Part shown: one piece after another, positions 37,303-46,439 of the stretch | Position numbering within the stretch: the first letter of the stretch is position 1 | Layout of the letters: the number at the start of each line of letters is the position of its first letter | Assembly: GCA_963844715.1 (NCBI GenBank) | Contig: CAWJPJ010000007.1 | Location: 320,001-384,000, forward strand | Reading direction: 5' to 3' | From: an uncultured Phycisphaerales bacterium | GTDB lineage: Bacteria; Planctomycetota; Phycisphaerae; Tepidisphaerales; Tepidisphaeraceae | DNA: 64,000 nucleotides | Made by a program: the position numbers and the translations under genes | Notes under the pieces: generated by a model | What the model saw: the letters and a program-made list of their open reading frames with translations, nothing else | Told to the model about the DNA's origin: nothing | Databases searched by the model: none

Positions 37303-38189
37303 GGGCCTGTCTGATGAATCGCTTTTGGTTATAAATAGCGGTTTTCAGACGAGGTGTCACGGATGCGACGTTATGAGCTCACGGATGAGCAGTACGAGTT
37401 GATCGGCGATCTGCTGCCCGGCAACGGCAAGCGCGGCGGGCAGTGGAACGACCACCGCACCACGCTCAACGGCATGTTCTGGATTCTGCACTCGGGCACT
37501 CAATGGCGGAGATGCCCGAACGTTACGGCAGATGGCAAAGCGTCTACGACCGCTTCAACCGCTGGAGAAAGGACGGAACGATTGATCGAATCCTCCAGCG
37601 GCTGCAGATGAGGTTGGACAAGCAAGGACGAATCGACTGGGACCTGTGGTGCATCGACGGCACCAATGTGCGAGCCAGTCGATCCGCCGCCGGAGCCAGA
37701 AAATCAAAACCGCCCCGGAAGAACCGGCGGATCACGCGTTGGGCCGCAGCCGAGGCGGGTGGGGCAGCAAGCTCCACCTGGTTACTGACGGCCAGGGAGT
37801 TCCGCTCGCCGTCGAGGCCAGCGCCGGCCAATGCCACGAGAGCCGGTACGTGGAGCCGGTGATGAACGCGAATGCGCATCGGTCGCCGCCGTCGTCGCCC
37901 CAGGAGGCTGGCGGGCGACAAGGGATACAGTTACGGAAATGTGCGGCGATGGCTGCGTCGCCACCGAATCCAAGCGGTGATCCCGGCGAAATCGAATCAG
38001 CCGCCGCAGGAGAACTTTGATCGCAAGGCGTATCGCCGACGGAACGTGGTGGAGCGTTGCGTGAATTGGATGAAGGAGAATCGCCGCCTGGGCACGCGTT
38101 ACGAGAAACTGGCGGTGAACTTTCAGGCCATGGCCAAGCTCGCCATGATCCGTCGCTATTTCAGGATTTTGGATTCATCAGACAGGCCC
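37303..38189 (+). mobile_element. IS5-family insertion sequence (887 bp)
   Basis: Perfect 18-bp terminal IRs GGGCCTGTCTGATGAATC (37303-37320 / 38172-38189); TA on both flanks. Confidence 0.95.
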
Positions 38190-38192
38190 TAG
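37363..38192 (+). CDS. IS5-family transposase (split frames)
   Basis: RRYELTDEQ, IDGT, GRSRGGWGSKLHL, AGDKGY, YRRRNVVER, TRYEKLA; stop codon supplied by the flanking TAG. Confidence 0.92.
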
Positions 38193-38312
38193 CCCCGCGG
38201 TGGAGAATGGCTGTACAGATGCACGCTACGATTGCGTTTGTAGCCCAGATTCACGCTCTATGCAAATCGATCACGATTTTGCGCGACGGTTCCGCGAGAT
38301 ATCAGTTGGCCT

Positions 38313-39161
38313 TCACCCGGTCTGCCCCAACGACACATCCGACTTCGACAGCACGTGCTTCACCAGTTCCAGCCGCGTGATGACCTCCTCCATATCGGCG
38401 GGGCGCTTGGCGGGGCGGGTCGCGACGCATTCCATGACGAGATTGGATAGGCCGCCGGGGACGCGCGGGTTTTTGTCCGCGGGGGTGGGGATGGACTGAT
38501 CCAGGAGAAAACTATTCTCGCCTTTTTTATTGACCGTGTAGAGCGTGGGAATGTTCGTTCTTGTCAGGGCCCAGTAAATCGTGGCGCCAAGGTTGTACAC
38601 ATCGGTTTGCACGGAGATCGGGCGGCGGGCTACCTGCTCGGGGGCGATGTAGTCGGGAGTCCCCTGGATGCGCTCTTTGACGGTGCCGATCTTGCAGCTC
38701 TGCCCGAAGTCGATGATTTTCACGAACCCGGCGTCGTTGCGCAGGATGTTATTCGGCTTGATGTCGCAGTGGGCGTAGCCGAGGACGTGCATGCCCTTGA
38801 GGCCCTGGGCCGCCTGGATGAACGTATCGACGATGGCAAGCATGCTGTCCGGGCAGCGGACGTCCAGAGGCTTGCCGTCGAAAAGTTCCATCAGCAGGAA
38901 GGCCTCGGTGACTTTCATGAAGAGGCTTTTGACGATTTTGAGTTCGAGCGAGCGGCGAAGATTGGGGTGGTTGAACTGCTTGCTGATGTCGAACTCAGCC
39001 TGCATCTGCTCGATGAAGCGGATGTCCTTGGGGTTCTCGCGGACGACGTGTTTGAGGGCGAAGACCTGCCGGGTGATGGGGTCACTGACGGCGTAGATGA
39101 CGCTGCGCACTCCTTCTCCCAAGCGCTCCAGCACGTCGTAATTGAGGAGCTTCTGCGGCAT
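38313..39161 (-). CDS. Cytoplasmic Ser/Thr protein kinase
   Basis: LGEG, FALK, HCDIKPNNIL, IIDFGQS, GTPDYIAPEQ. Confidence 0.9.
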   Translation of the reverse strand: MPQKLLNYDVLERLGEGVRSVIYAVSDPITRQVFALKHVVRENPKDIRFIEQMQAEFDISKQFNHPNLRRSLELKIVKSLFMKVTEAFLLMELFDGKPLDVRCPDSMLAIVDTFIQAAQGLKGMHVLGYAHCDIKPNNILRNDAGFVKIIDFGQSCKIGTVKERIQGTPDYIAPEQVARRPISVQTDVYNLGATIYWALTRTNIPTLYTVNKKGENSFLLDQSIPTPADKNPRVPGGLSNLVMECVATRPAKRPADMEEVITRLELVKHVLSKSDVSLGQTG

Positions 39162-39567
39162 TAAATTTCGTCGATCCATCCCGAACACGGCGCAATCTCC
39201 CGGTATGCCGGATGGCGACAAACTGGGGAGGCAACCCGCGGAGGAGGATAAACGATAAATAAACAGCCATCCGCCGGGGAGACGCCGGATTCGATAATCA
39301 GCCATACTTTAAGGGCCTGTAAACAGCAGGGGAACGTCAAAACGACGTGGTCGAGCCGCCGCTCCCCAACCGGATCGCAAGCCATGTAACCATATTCTAA
39401 CAATCGCGGTTTGGCAAGAAATTTGGGGGGTGAAGCGGTTCCTGGGGTGACGATCCCCTCAAAGCAGACAACTCCGTCGATGCCGCCAAGGGAAAGTGCT
39501 ACGCCTCGCTAGCCCATCCTCCAGGCCATCGGGATACCCCGCCGCCAGGGCGAAACTAACGCCCCGA

Positions 39568-40320
39568 TTAATTCCACGTGATATGACGGGTGTTCCTGCG
39601 TGATCGAACGACCGAGACAATGCTCAGCCCAGCCAGCATCACCGCGGCAGACCAAACAGCCGGCGGCAGCGGAACCGCTGAACCATTCCCACCGGTATTG
39701 CCCGAACTGATCGGCGTACCGCCCGGCGTGATCGCGTCGCTAACCGGTTCGTTGAACGCGACCGAGTCGATCGAGAAATCCCATCCTGCCGTGAGGTCGT
39801 CGGGAGAAATCGTAACGCTCGTAATATCCGTGGCTTTCAAATCAACGACCCCGTGGCCGCTGTCTTCATTGGTCGCGAGATCGCTCAGAATCTCCTGCCC
39901 GGTCTGGAGAGAGCCGTCGAATGCGTCGATGGTATAGGACTCGATAGCCTGCATCCCGTTGAACAACGGAAAGCTGATTTCGTCCACGGTATATCCGGGG
40001 TCAATCGCTACCGTGACGGATGACTGAAGCGTTGTACTCGCGGCCGGGATCACCGACGTCGAGGCTGTGCCATAGACATTGGGAGCCGTTCCGAACGACA
40101 AGGCCGGGAGATTGGTTTCGTCGCCGAGAACAACACCGCCGCTGAAGCCGGCGACGCCAGGAACGACGATCGTTTGCGCGGGGCCGGCTTTGGAGAACTC
40201 GCTTGGAGCCGCCGGGATTGAAGGATTATTTTCAAAATCAACAAATGCCGTGGCTGCCGTCGCCCGAGACACCAGAACCAACGACAGAACCGAGGCAATA
40301 CCCAAGGTCAGATGACGCAT
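39568..40320 (-). CDS. Secreted protein with VPLP/PEP-CTERM-type sorting signal
   Basis: Signal peptide; acidic Ser/Thr/Gly-rich body; C-terminal VPLPPAVW-TM-RSRR. Confidence 0.8.
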   Translation of the reverse strand: MRHLTLGIASVLSLVLVSRATAATAFVDFENNPSIPAAPSEFSKAGPAQTIVVPGVAGFSGGVVLGDETNLPALSFGTAPNVYGTASTSVIPAASTTLQSSVTVAIDPGYTVDEISFPLFNGMQAIESYTIDAFDGSLQTGQEILSDLATNEDSGHGVVDLKATDITSVTISPDDLTAGWDFSIDSVAFNEPVSDAITPGGTPISSGNTGGNGSAVPLPPAVWSAAVMLAGLSIVSVVRSRRNTRHITWN

Positions 40321-40557
40321 TTTGTTTCTCCCACCTTTTTTTGACTCCCACCAGCACGGATTACCACGCCAGCGCAAGCATAAACCCACGAATTGGCACC
40401 CAAACTGAACGGGCGGGCTCAAATGTTAATTAGCGGCTATGCGAGAAATCAAGCAAATTCCTGAAAAGTAATGTTGGAGGTCGCCGGTAGCTTTGAAATT
40501 CAGAGTCACTTTTGGCCTCAAGCACGCAAATAAATAACCCGCGATGGGCCCTGGTTT

Positions 40558-40589
40558 GAGAATTTGGACATCCGAGAATTTGGACATCC
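40558..40589. repeat. 16-bp tandem duplication
   Basis: GAGAATTTGGACATCC twice in tandem. Confidence 0.8.
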
Positions 40590-40621
40590 GGGCGAGCAAG
40601 CTCGCCCGGCTTCGCATTTTG

Positions 40622-41233
40622 TTATGGCAGGATCTGGTCCCGGAACGCCGTCACCGGGAAATACCGTCCCACGCTGCTGGGGGTTCCCGATTCGTTCAGG
40701 AAGATCACCCGCTGCCCGGGGATGCGCATTTGGCTTTGCAGCGTGGTGACCAGTTCCGCCAGCCGGTGGAGCTGCATGCTCGTGGGCATCGAGTGATCGA
40801 AGTCGCCGATGAGGCAGATGCTGATGCAATCGGGTTCGATGTGCGCGACGCCCGGCGGGGCGGCGGCGGATTGCTGCTGATTCCAACGCGGGCTGATCTG
40901 GATTTCGCCGTCCTGGCATCCTTGGCCGTTGCCGATGACGAAGTGATCGCACAGATCGCCATTGGCGCCGGCGAGCGTTTGCGCGCTCCCGGTGGGGGCG
41001 CCGCTGTGGTGAATGTAAATGTACCGCCACTGGTCAGCGCGCGTGGGCACGGCGGTTTTGAAGACATCATCGAGGAACTGCCCGTGATCGCTGGCCGAGA
41101 GAGAATTGAAGTTCTCGCCCGATAGCGGCGGCGGGGCGAGGGCGAGAAGCAACGCACTGGTAAAGGTTAGAATCGCAACTAAAGTGGTGAGGACAACGAC
41201 CTTACGCTTGGATTTTTTCACGACGGAGCCCAC
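40622..41233 (-). CDS. Amidase_2/PGRP-fold protein, probably non-catalytic
   Basis: N-terminal TM; YIYIHHS, HFVIGNG, ISICLIGDFD, PT..QL; C-terminal His/Cys ligands absent. Confidence 0.75.
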   Translation of the reverse strand: MGSVVKKSKRKVVVLTTLVAILTFTSALLLALAPPPLSGENFNSLSASDHGQFLDDVFKTAVPTRADQWRYIYIHHSGAPTGSAQTLAGANGDLCDHFVIGNGQGCQDGEIQISPRWNQQQSAAAPPGVAHIEPDCISICLIGDFDHSMPTSMQLHRLAELVTTLQSQMRIPGQRVIFLNESGTPSSVGRYFPVTAFRDQILP

Positions 41234-41546
41234 GAATTAATAAATTGTCCGGCGATGCGCTGAAATTCCCGCACCGGGTCCGATAAAAAGGCCCGGCGGC
41301 CTGTGATAAATTCATCGGCATAAGGCATCAAACTAATTGCGAAAATTTTCCCCGCCGTCCATTTTTATCCGGCGATTGACCAGTAATCCGTCAAGGTGTG
41401 CGGAGCTTTGGGCGCGTAGGTTCCGCGCAATTCCTGCGGTAAACAGCGCTTTAGCGGACGTTGCCGCTTGTTCGGGCGGGGCGTGCCGCGGCTAAATCGC
41501 CGCTGGTCTTTCAGGCGGTCCGATAGGCGCCGGGCGAAGTGGCACT

Positions 41547-41912
41547 TCATCCTTCGCGCAAGAAGATGAAAAGGACTGCTATCAACACCAAAAAGAGCAC
41601 AAACGCGATGACCACGCCGAGTTTGAGGAGATGCGTGTTGACTTGCTGGTGATCTTTGGCGCCCGCGATGTTCTTTTGTGGGATGGAGGCCGCGGCGGCG
41701 GCGATTGACGCAACCGGATTGCTCGAAGGAGTTGGAGCCGGACGGGCGGCGGTGGCTTGCCGGGGCGGCGGGGGCGCGGGCTTGCTGCTGGGTTTGAGGC
41801 TGGCGGGGACGACCTGGATGGTCCCGCAGTGCTGGCAGCGGCAAACGCCGCCGGCGAAAGCGTCGTCGACGGAGAGGACGGCTTTACAACTCGTGCACGA
41901 AATTCGGATCAT
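41547..41912 (-). CDS. Zinc-ribbon protein with C-terminal TM anchor
   Basis: CTSC...CQHC, Pro/Ala linker, hydrophobic tail. Confidence 0.7.
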   Translation of the reverse strand: MIRISCTSCKAVLSVDDAFAGGVCRCQHCGTIQVVPASLKPSSKPAPPPPRQATAARPAPTPSSNPVASIAAAAASIPQKNIAGAKDHQQVNTHLLKLGVVIAFVLFLVLIAVLFIFLREG

Positions 41913-41924
41913 TCTCAACGACTT

Positions 41925-42890
41925 CTACGGTTCCCAGAGGTAGTAAAACCCGGCGGGAACGAGGTTCTGGGCGAGAGGGAGCCGGATGTTCATGTCATTA
42001 CTCTTCGGCTCGGGGACCGAATCAACGGCATAAATTGAGCCGGTATAGCCATAGGGACGGCGGTACATGACGGCCTCGGCGTTGGGCACGCCGGCCATCT
42101 GGCGGGCGAGATCCAGGGCGTCGTTGAGGCGCCCCGTCTGGTCGGCCAGGCCGAGTTCCACGGATTTTTCTCCCGTGAAGACGCGACCGTCGGTGACGAC
42201 GGCCAAATCGCTATCCTTGATGGTTCGGTGACTTGTGACGACCAGTTTGAACCGGGCAAAGTACTCGTTGACCATGTCCTGCATGACCTGGCGTTCGTGG
42301 GGGGTCATGTGCTTGAAGGGGGAGCCCATATCCTTGAGTTCGCCGGATTTGATGGCGTCGGACTGGATGCCCAGCATTTGCATGGTTCCGACCACGTCGA
42401 AGGTTTCGAAGATCACGCCGATGCAGCCGACGACGCTGGTGGGATTGACCACGATTTTGTCGGCGGCGCAGCTGAGGTAATAGGCGCCGCTGGCGTCGAT
42501 TTCCTGGGCGGCGGCGATGACCGGTTTGTGGGTTTTTTCGCGGAATTTAAGGACAGCGTCGTACATGGTGTCCGAGGTGGTCACCGATCCGCCCGGCGAA
42601 TTGATCCGCAGGACGACGGCCTTCACGGAATCATCGTCGGCGGCGGCGTTGAGTTCCTCGACGAAGAGGCTCATGGGGTTTTCGGTCGCCTGGAGGAGTC
42701 CGCCGCTTCGGGCGTCGAGGAGCATTCCGTCGACGGGGATCAGGGCTACTTTATCGGGGAAAAGTCCTTTGCCGGGCTGGACGACGTCTTCGTGAAGTTC
42801 AAAGCTTCCCGAGACCGGGGTAACCAGAACGCTGGGCATTCCACAGCCAGTGAGTAAAAGTGCCAATCCAAGGCACAGGCCGGTTCGCAT
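41925..42890 (-). CDS. sppA: Signal peptide peptidase SppA (S49), lipoprotein
   Basis: LLTGC lipobox, LRINSPGG, ASGAYY, KSGELKD, DGRVFTG. Confidence 0.92.
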   Translation of the reverse strand: MRTGLCLGLALLLTGCGMPSVLVTPVSGSFELHEDVVQPGKGLFPDKVALIPVDGMLLDARSGGLLQATENPMSLFVEELNAAADDDSVKAVVLRINSPGGSVTTSDTMYDAVLKFREKTHKPVIAAAQEIDASGAYYLSCAADKIVVNPTSVVGCIGVIFETFDVVGTMQMLGIQSDAIKSGELKDMGSPFKHMTPHERQVMQDMVNEYFARFKLVVTSHRTIKDSDLAVVTDGRVFTGEKSVELGLADQTGRLNDALDLARQMAGVPNAEAVMYRRPYGYTGSIYAVDSVPEPKSNDMNIRLPLAQNLVPAGFYYLWEP

Positions 42891-42951
42891 ATCTCAACCT
42901 CTTTGTTGAAATGGGTGGTACTATTTTGACCGCTCGCCGGAGATTCTAGTC

Positions 42952-43329
42952 ATGGCCTATCACGTGAGCAAAGCGCGGTTTTCGGAGCTGGTGACGCAGG
43001 CGCTGGCGGATGTGCCGAAAGAATTTGCGGATTTTTTGGAAGAGGTTCCGGTCGAGGTGATGGACAATCCGACGCAGCGCATGCTGGATTCGGTGGGGCT
43101 GAAGAACGGGATTTTGCTGGGTTTATATCGCGGGAGGCCTCGCACGGTGCGGAACGTCGAGGATTCGGGGGTGCTGCCGGATGTGATATATATTTTTCAG
43201 AATTCGATTGAAACCGTATGCAATTCAGAGGATGAATTGATCCGTCAGGTGCGGATTACCGTACTACATGAAATCGGGCATCACTTTGGCTTGAGCGACG
43301 AGGACTTGGGAAAGCTCGGATATCAGTGA
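42952..43329 (+). CDS. Minimal zincin-like metallopeptidase
   Basis: LLGLY.G...PDVIYIF...TVLHEIGHHFG. Confidence 0.85.
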   Translation: MAYHVSKARFSELVTQALADVPKEFADFLEEVPVEVMDNPTQRMLDSVGLKNGILLGLYRGRPRTVRNVEDSGVLPDVIYIFQNSIETVCNSEDELIRQVRITVLHEIGHHFGLSDEDLGKLGYQ

Positions 43330-43596
43330 ATAAGCGGGTTTGGTTATCGGACCTTATAGATATCTTAACCTTCTGCAAATAATATAGTTACGCGAAGGGG
43401 CATGATGGACGTTTCCGAGCCTTAATGTACAATCGTGTTCTGAGGTTCGTCGGACCGATCTTTGGAGGGTCGGTTTTTCATTCGCCTGGCTCGGAATTGC
43501 GTGGACAGAACTAATTTGGGAATTTATCGTCGTCGCTCCGGCTCAAATTGGGGCGGTCGCGATGCGGGTCGAGTTGTCGAGAGGATACCGAACGTC

Positions 43597-44457
43597 ATGT
43601 TGATGCGCGGCAAATGGATATTGTGTCTGGCTTTGGCGGGTAGCTTGTGTTTATTAAGGTCCGCGCCGGCGGATGAGTCGACGGGCGGACCCGGGGCGAC
43701 CGGTGCGGATGGATCGACGGTGGTGCAGGCGCTGAGCCTGCCTTCCTCGAAGCACAATCTCTCCTTTATGGATGTGGGGATTCTGAAAGAGGTGCTGGTC
43801 AAACCCGGGGATGCCGTGACGGTCGGGCAGGAACTGGCGCACGAGGACAGCGATCTGGACGAACTGGATTACAAGGCGGCCAAGATCGACGCGGATTCGA
43901 CGAGCAAGATCGACGGGGCGATGGTGGCGCGGGACGCCAAGAAGCGGCAGTGGCAGAACAAAGAAAAAGCGCATGACGCCGGCGGGGCGGCCAATGAGGA
44001 AGAGGTGGAAGAGGCCAGGCTGGAATACGAGGAAGCGGAGATCGACATCAAGCTGGCCCAGGAGCTTCACGACGAAAAGGAAGCCGAGCTGGTGAAGATG
44101 GAGCGCAAGATCGAGAAGATGAAATTGCTCAGCCCGGTGGACGGGTTCGTGGAAAAAGTCAATCTACAGTCGGGTGAGGTGGTCGATCCGAACAAGCCGG
44201 ATGGCGCGCTGACGGTCGTGAAGATCAATCCCCTGTGGGTGGACATGCACCTGACGCTCGAGCAGGCGGCGAAGCTGAAAATGGGAGATAAGTTGACGGC
44301 ATCCTATGCGAACGATCCGGATCAGACGGTCACCGGTACGGTGATCTACTTCGATCCGGTGGTGGATGCGACGGTGGATCAGCAAACCGTGCGGCTGGAG
44401 GTGCCGAACGACCAGAATAAGCCGGCAGGGATGCTGCTTAACGTGCGGATTCCTTAA
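43597..44457 (+). CDS. Membrane-fusion/periplasmic adaptor protein (HlyD-like)
   Basis: Signal peptide, VLVKPGDAV lipoyl half, alpha hairpin, LLSPVDG, PAGM. Confidence 0.85.
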   Translation: MLMRGKWILCLALAGSLCLLRSAPADESTGGPGATGADGSTVVQALSLPSSKHNLSFMDVGILKEVLVKPGDAVTVGQELAHEDSDLDELDYKAAKIDADSTSKIDGAMVARDAKKRQWQNKEKAHDAGGAANEEEVEEARLEYEEAEIDIKLAQELHDEKEAELVKMERKIEKMKLLSPVDGFVEKVNLQSGEVVDPNKPDGALTVVKINPLWVDMHLTLEQAAKLKMGDKLTASYANDPDQTVTGTVIYFDPVVDATVDQQTVRLEVPNDQNKPAGMLLNVRIP

Positions 44458-44477
44458 CTGTTTGAGGAAGGTGACCG

Positions 44478-46426
44478 GTGTCTTCAGGAATCGTTGAATC
44501 TCAGGATCAAGAACAAGACCACGGGCAGGATCAGAACCAGAACAAGCAGGGTGAGGCCCAGGATGCGCTCCAGCAACCGGGCGGAGGGCGCTCGCGGCTG
44601 GTGCAACGGCTGCTGGCGGCGTCGGCGAACCTCTCGCAGTTCATCGACGATCTGCTCCGCACGCAGGCCGTCATGGTCGCCGGGACCGAGGCGGCTGGAT
44701 TTATCTTCGAGCGCACGGACGCGGGGATGACCCTTCGAAACATCGCGCACGTGCGGCCGGATAACAGCACCGCGGAGACGCGCGCGGCGGCAATCACCGC
44801 CTTTCAGGAGATCATCAAGCCCTGCATCGAGCAGCAAAAAGACGGGGCTATCGAAGTCCAGGGGAGCGACGGAGCATCGGAAGCGCAATATTGCCTGGTG
44901 ACGGTGCTTCGGACGGAAAAAGAGATCATCGGCGCCAGCGCCGTGATCACGCGCTGCCGGGACCTGGAGCGAGCGCAGCAGCGGCTGGTGTCGATGCAGC
45001 TCGTCGCGGGATATTTCGAGCTTTACACGCTTCGCCGGCAGAGCGAGCAGTCGCAGATCGTCGCCCACTCGCACCAGCATGTTCTGCAACTGGCGACGGC
45101 GGTCGCCACGGCCGAGGGATTCGAATCGGCGGGGATGAATCTCTGCAACGAGCTTGCGACACGAACCGGGGCGGGCCGCGTGGCGCTGGGATGGATCAAG
45201 GGGCGGAGCATGCGCGTCAAGGCGCTGTCTCATACGGAAGAATTCGACAAGAAACAGGAACTGATCAAGCAGCTCGAAGACGTGATGGAGGAATCCATCG
45301 ACCAGGAAGAGCCGGTGCAGTTCGACCCGGATGGAACGGGGACCGGGAATGTCAGCCGATGCGCAGAATCTTTCGCGCACAGAAGGCGGGAACACCGTTC
45401 TGACGCTGCCGCTGCGGCGGCGCGCGGACATTGTCGGGGCGATCACGCTTGAGTTTCCGGCGGCGCACAAGATTTCTCCGCAGGCGTCCACAGGGCTCGC
45501 CGTAGCGGTGGATTTGCTCGCGCCGCAGCTTTATGACCGGTATCAAAACGACCGCTGGCTGATCACCAAAGTGGGATTCGAGCGCCAAGGAACTGGCCAA
45601 GGAAGCGATCGGCCCGCAGCACATGATCGCCAAGACGCTGTCGGTGGTAATCCCGGCGGCGATTGTCTTCATCTGCCTGTTCAGGCCCATGTATCACGTC
45701 AGCGCACCGTTCCAGTTTGATTCCGTGGACAAGCGGAGGCTGGATGCGCCGATCGACGGGTACATCAAGCAGGTGCTCGTGAAGCCTGGGGACACGATCA
45801 AAGCGGGGCAGGTTTTGCTGTCGATGGATACGTCGGATTTGCAATTGAAGCTGGCGGATTCGAACGCCGAGGCGGCGAAGTACCAGGCCGAATATTCCAA
45901 GGACGCCGCCGACCCGGAGAAGCAGGCGGATGCGGCGATCGCGATGGCGGAAAAGCAGGCGTCGCTGGCGGATTCGAAGCTGTATCAGGATCAGATCGAC
46001 CGGGCCCAGATCAAAGCGCCGTTTGACGGGGTCGTGCTCAAGGGCGATCTGACCGACGAAGTCCTGGCGCCCAAGAAGCAGGGGGACGAGCTTTTCACCG
46101 TGGCGGCAACAAGCGGCTTGCGGGCGAACCTCGCGGTGAGCGATCGGGATATTCAGGAACTGAAAGTCACACAGATCGGATATCTGGCGACGACCAGCCT
46201 GCCGACGGAAAAGTTTAAATTCACGCTGAATCGAATCGTGCCGCTGGGCGAACCCAAGGAAGGCGAGAACATCTTTACGGTTTACGCACATCTGGATCAG
46301 ACTTCGCCCGAGTGGCGTCCCGGCATGGCGGGCGAGGCGCGGGTGGAAGTCGGCAAGCGGCGGCTGATCTGGATCTGGACGCACAAGCTGGTGGATTGGT
46401 TCCGCCTGAAACTGTGGTCGTTCTAG
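44478..46426 (+). CDS. GAF-domain plus HlyD-like membrane-fusion protein (2 frameshifts)
   Basis: GAF-like RVALG...LTLPL...VGAITLE; TM; APIDGYI..V.VKPGD; APFDGVV; WRPGMAG. Confidence 0.8.
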
Positions 46427-46439
46427 AAGGGGATCGAAC

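Noticed and set aside
37690..37715. Programmed frameshift in the IS5 transposase
   Set aside because: Plausible for the family, but there is no clean A6/A7 slippery run and it cannot be told apart from background indel errors.
43487..43500. Sigma54-like TGGCTCGGAATTGC upstream of the export module
   Set aside because: The GG-to-GC spacing is 9 rather than the required 10. An indel error could rescue it, but it is unsupported as written.
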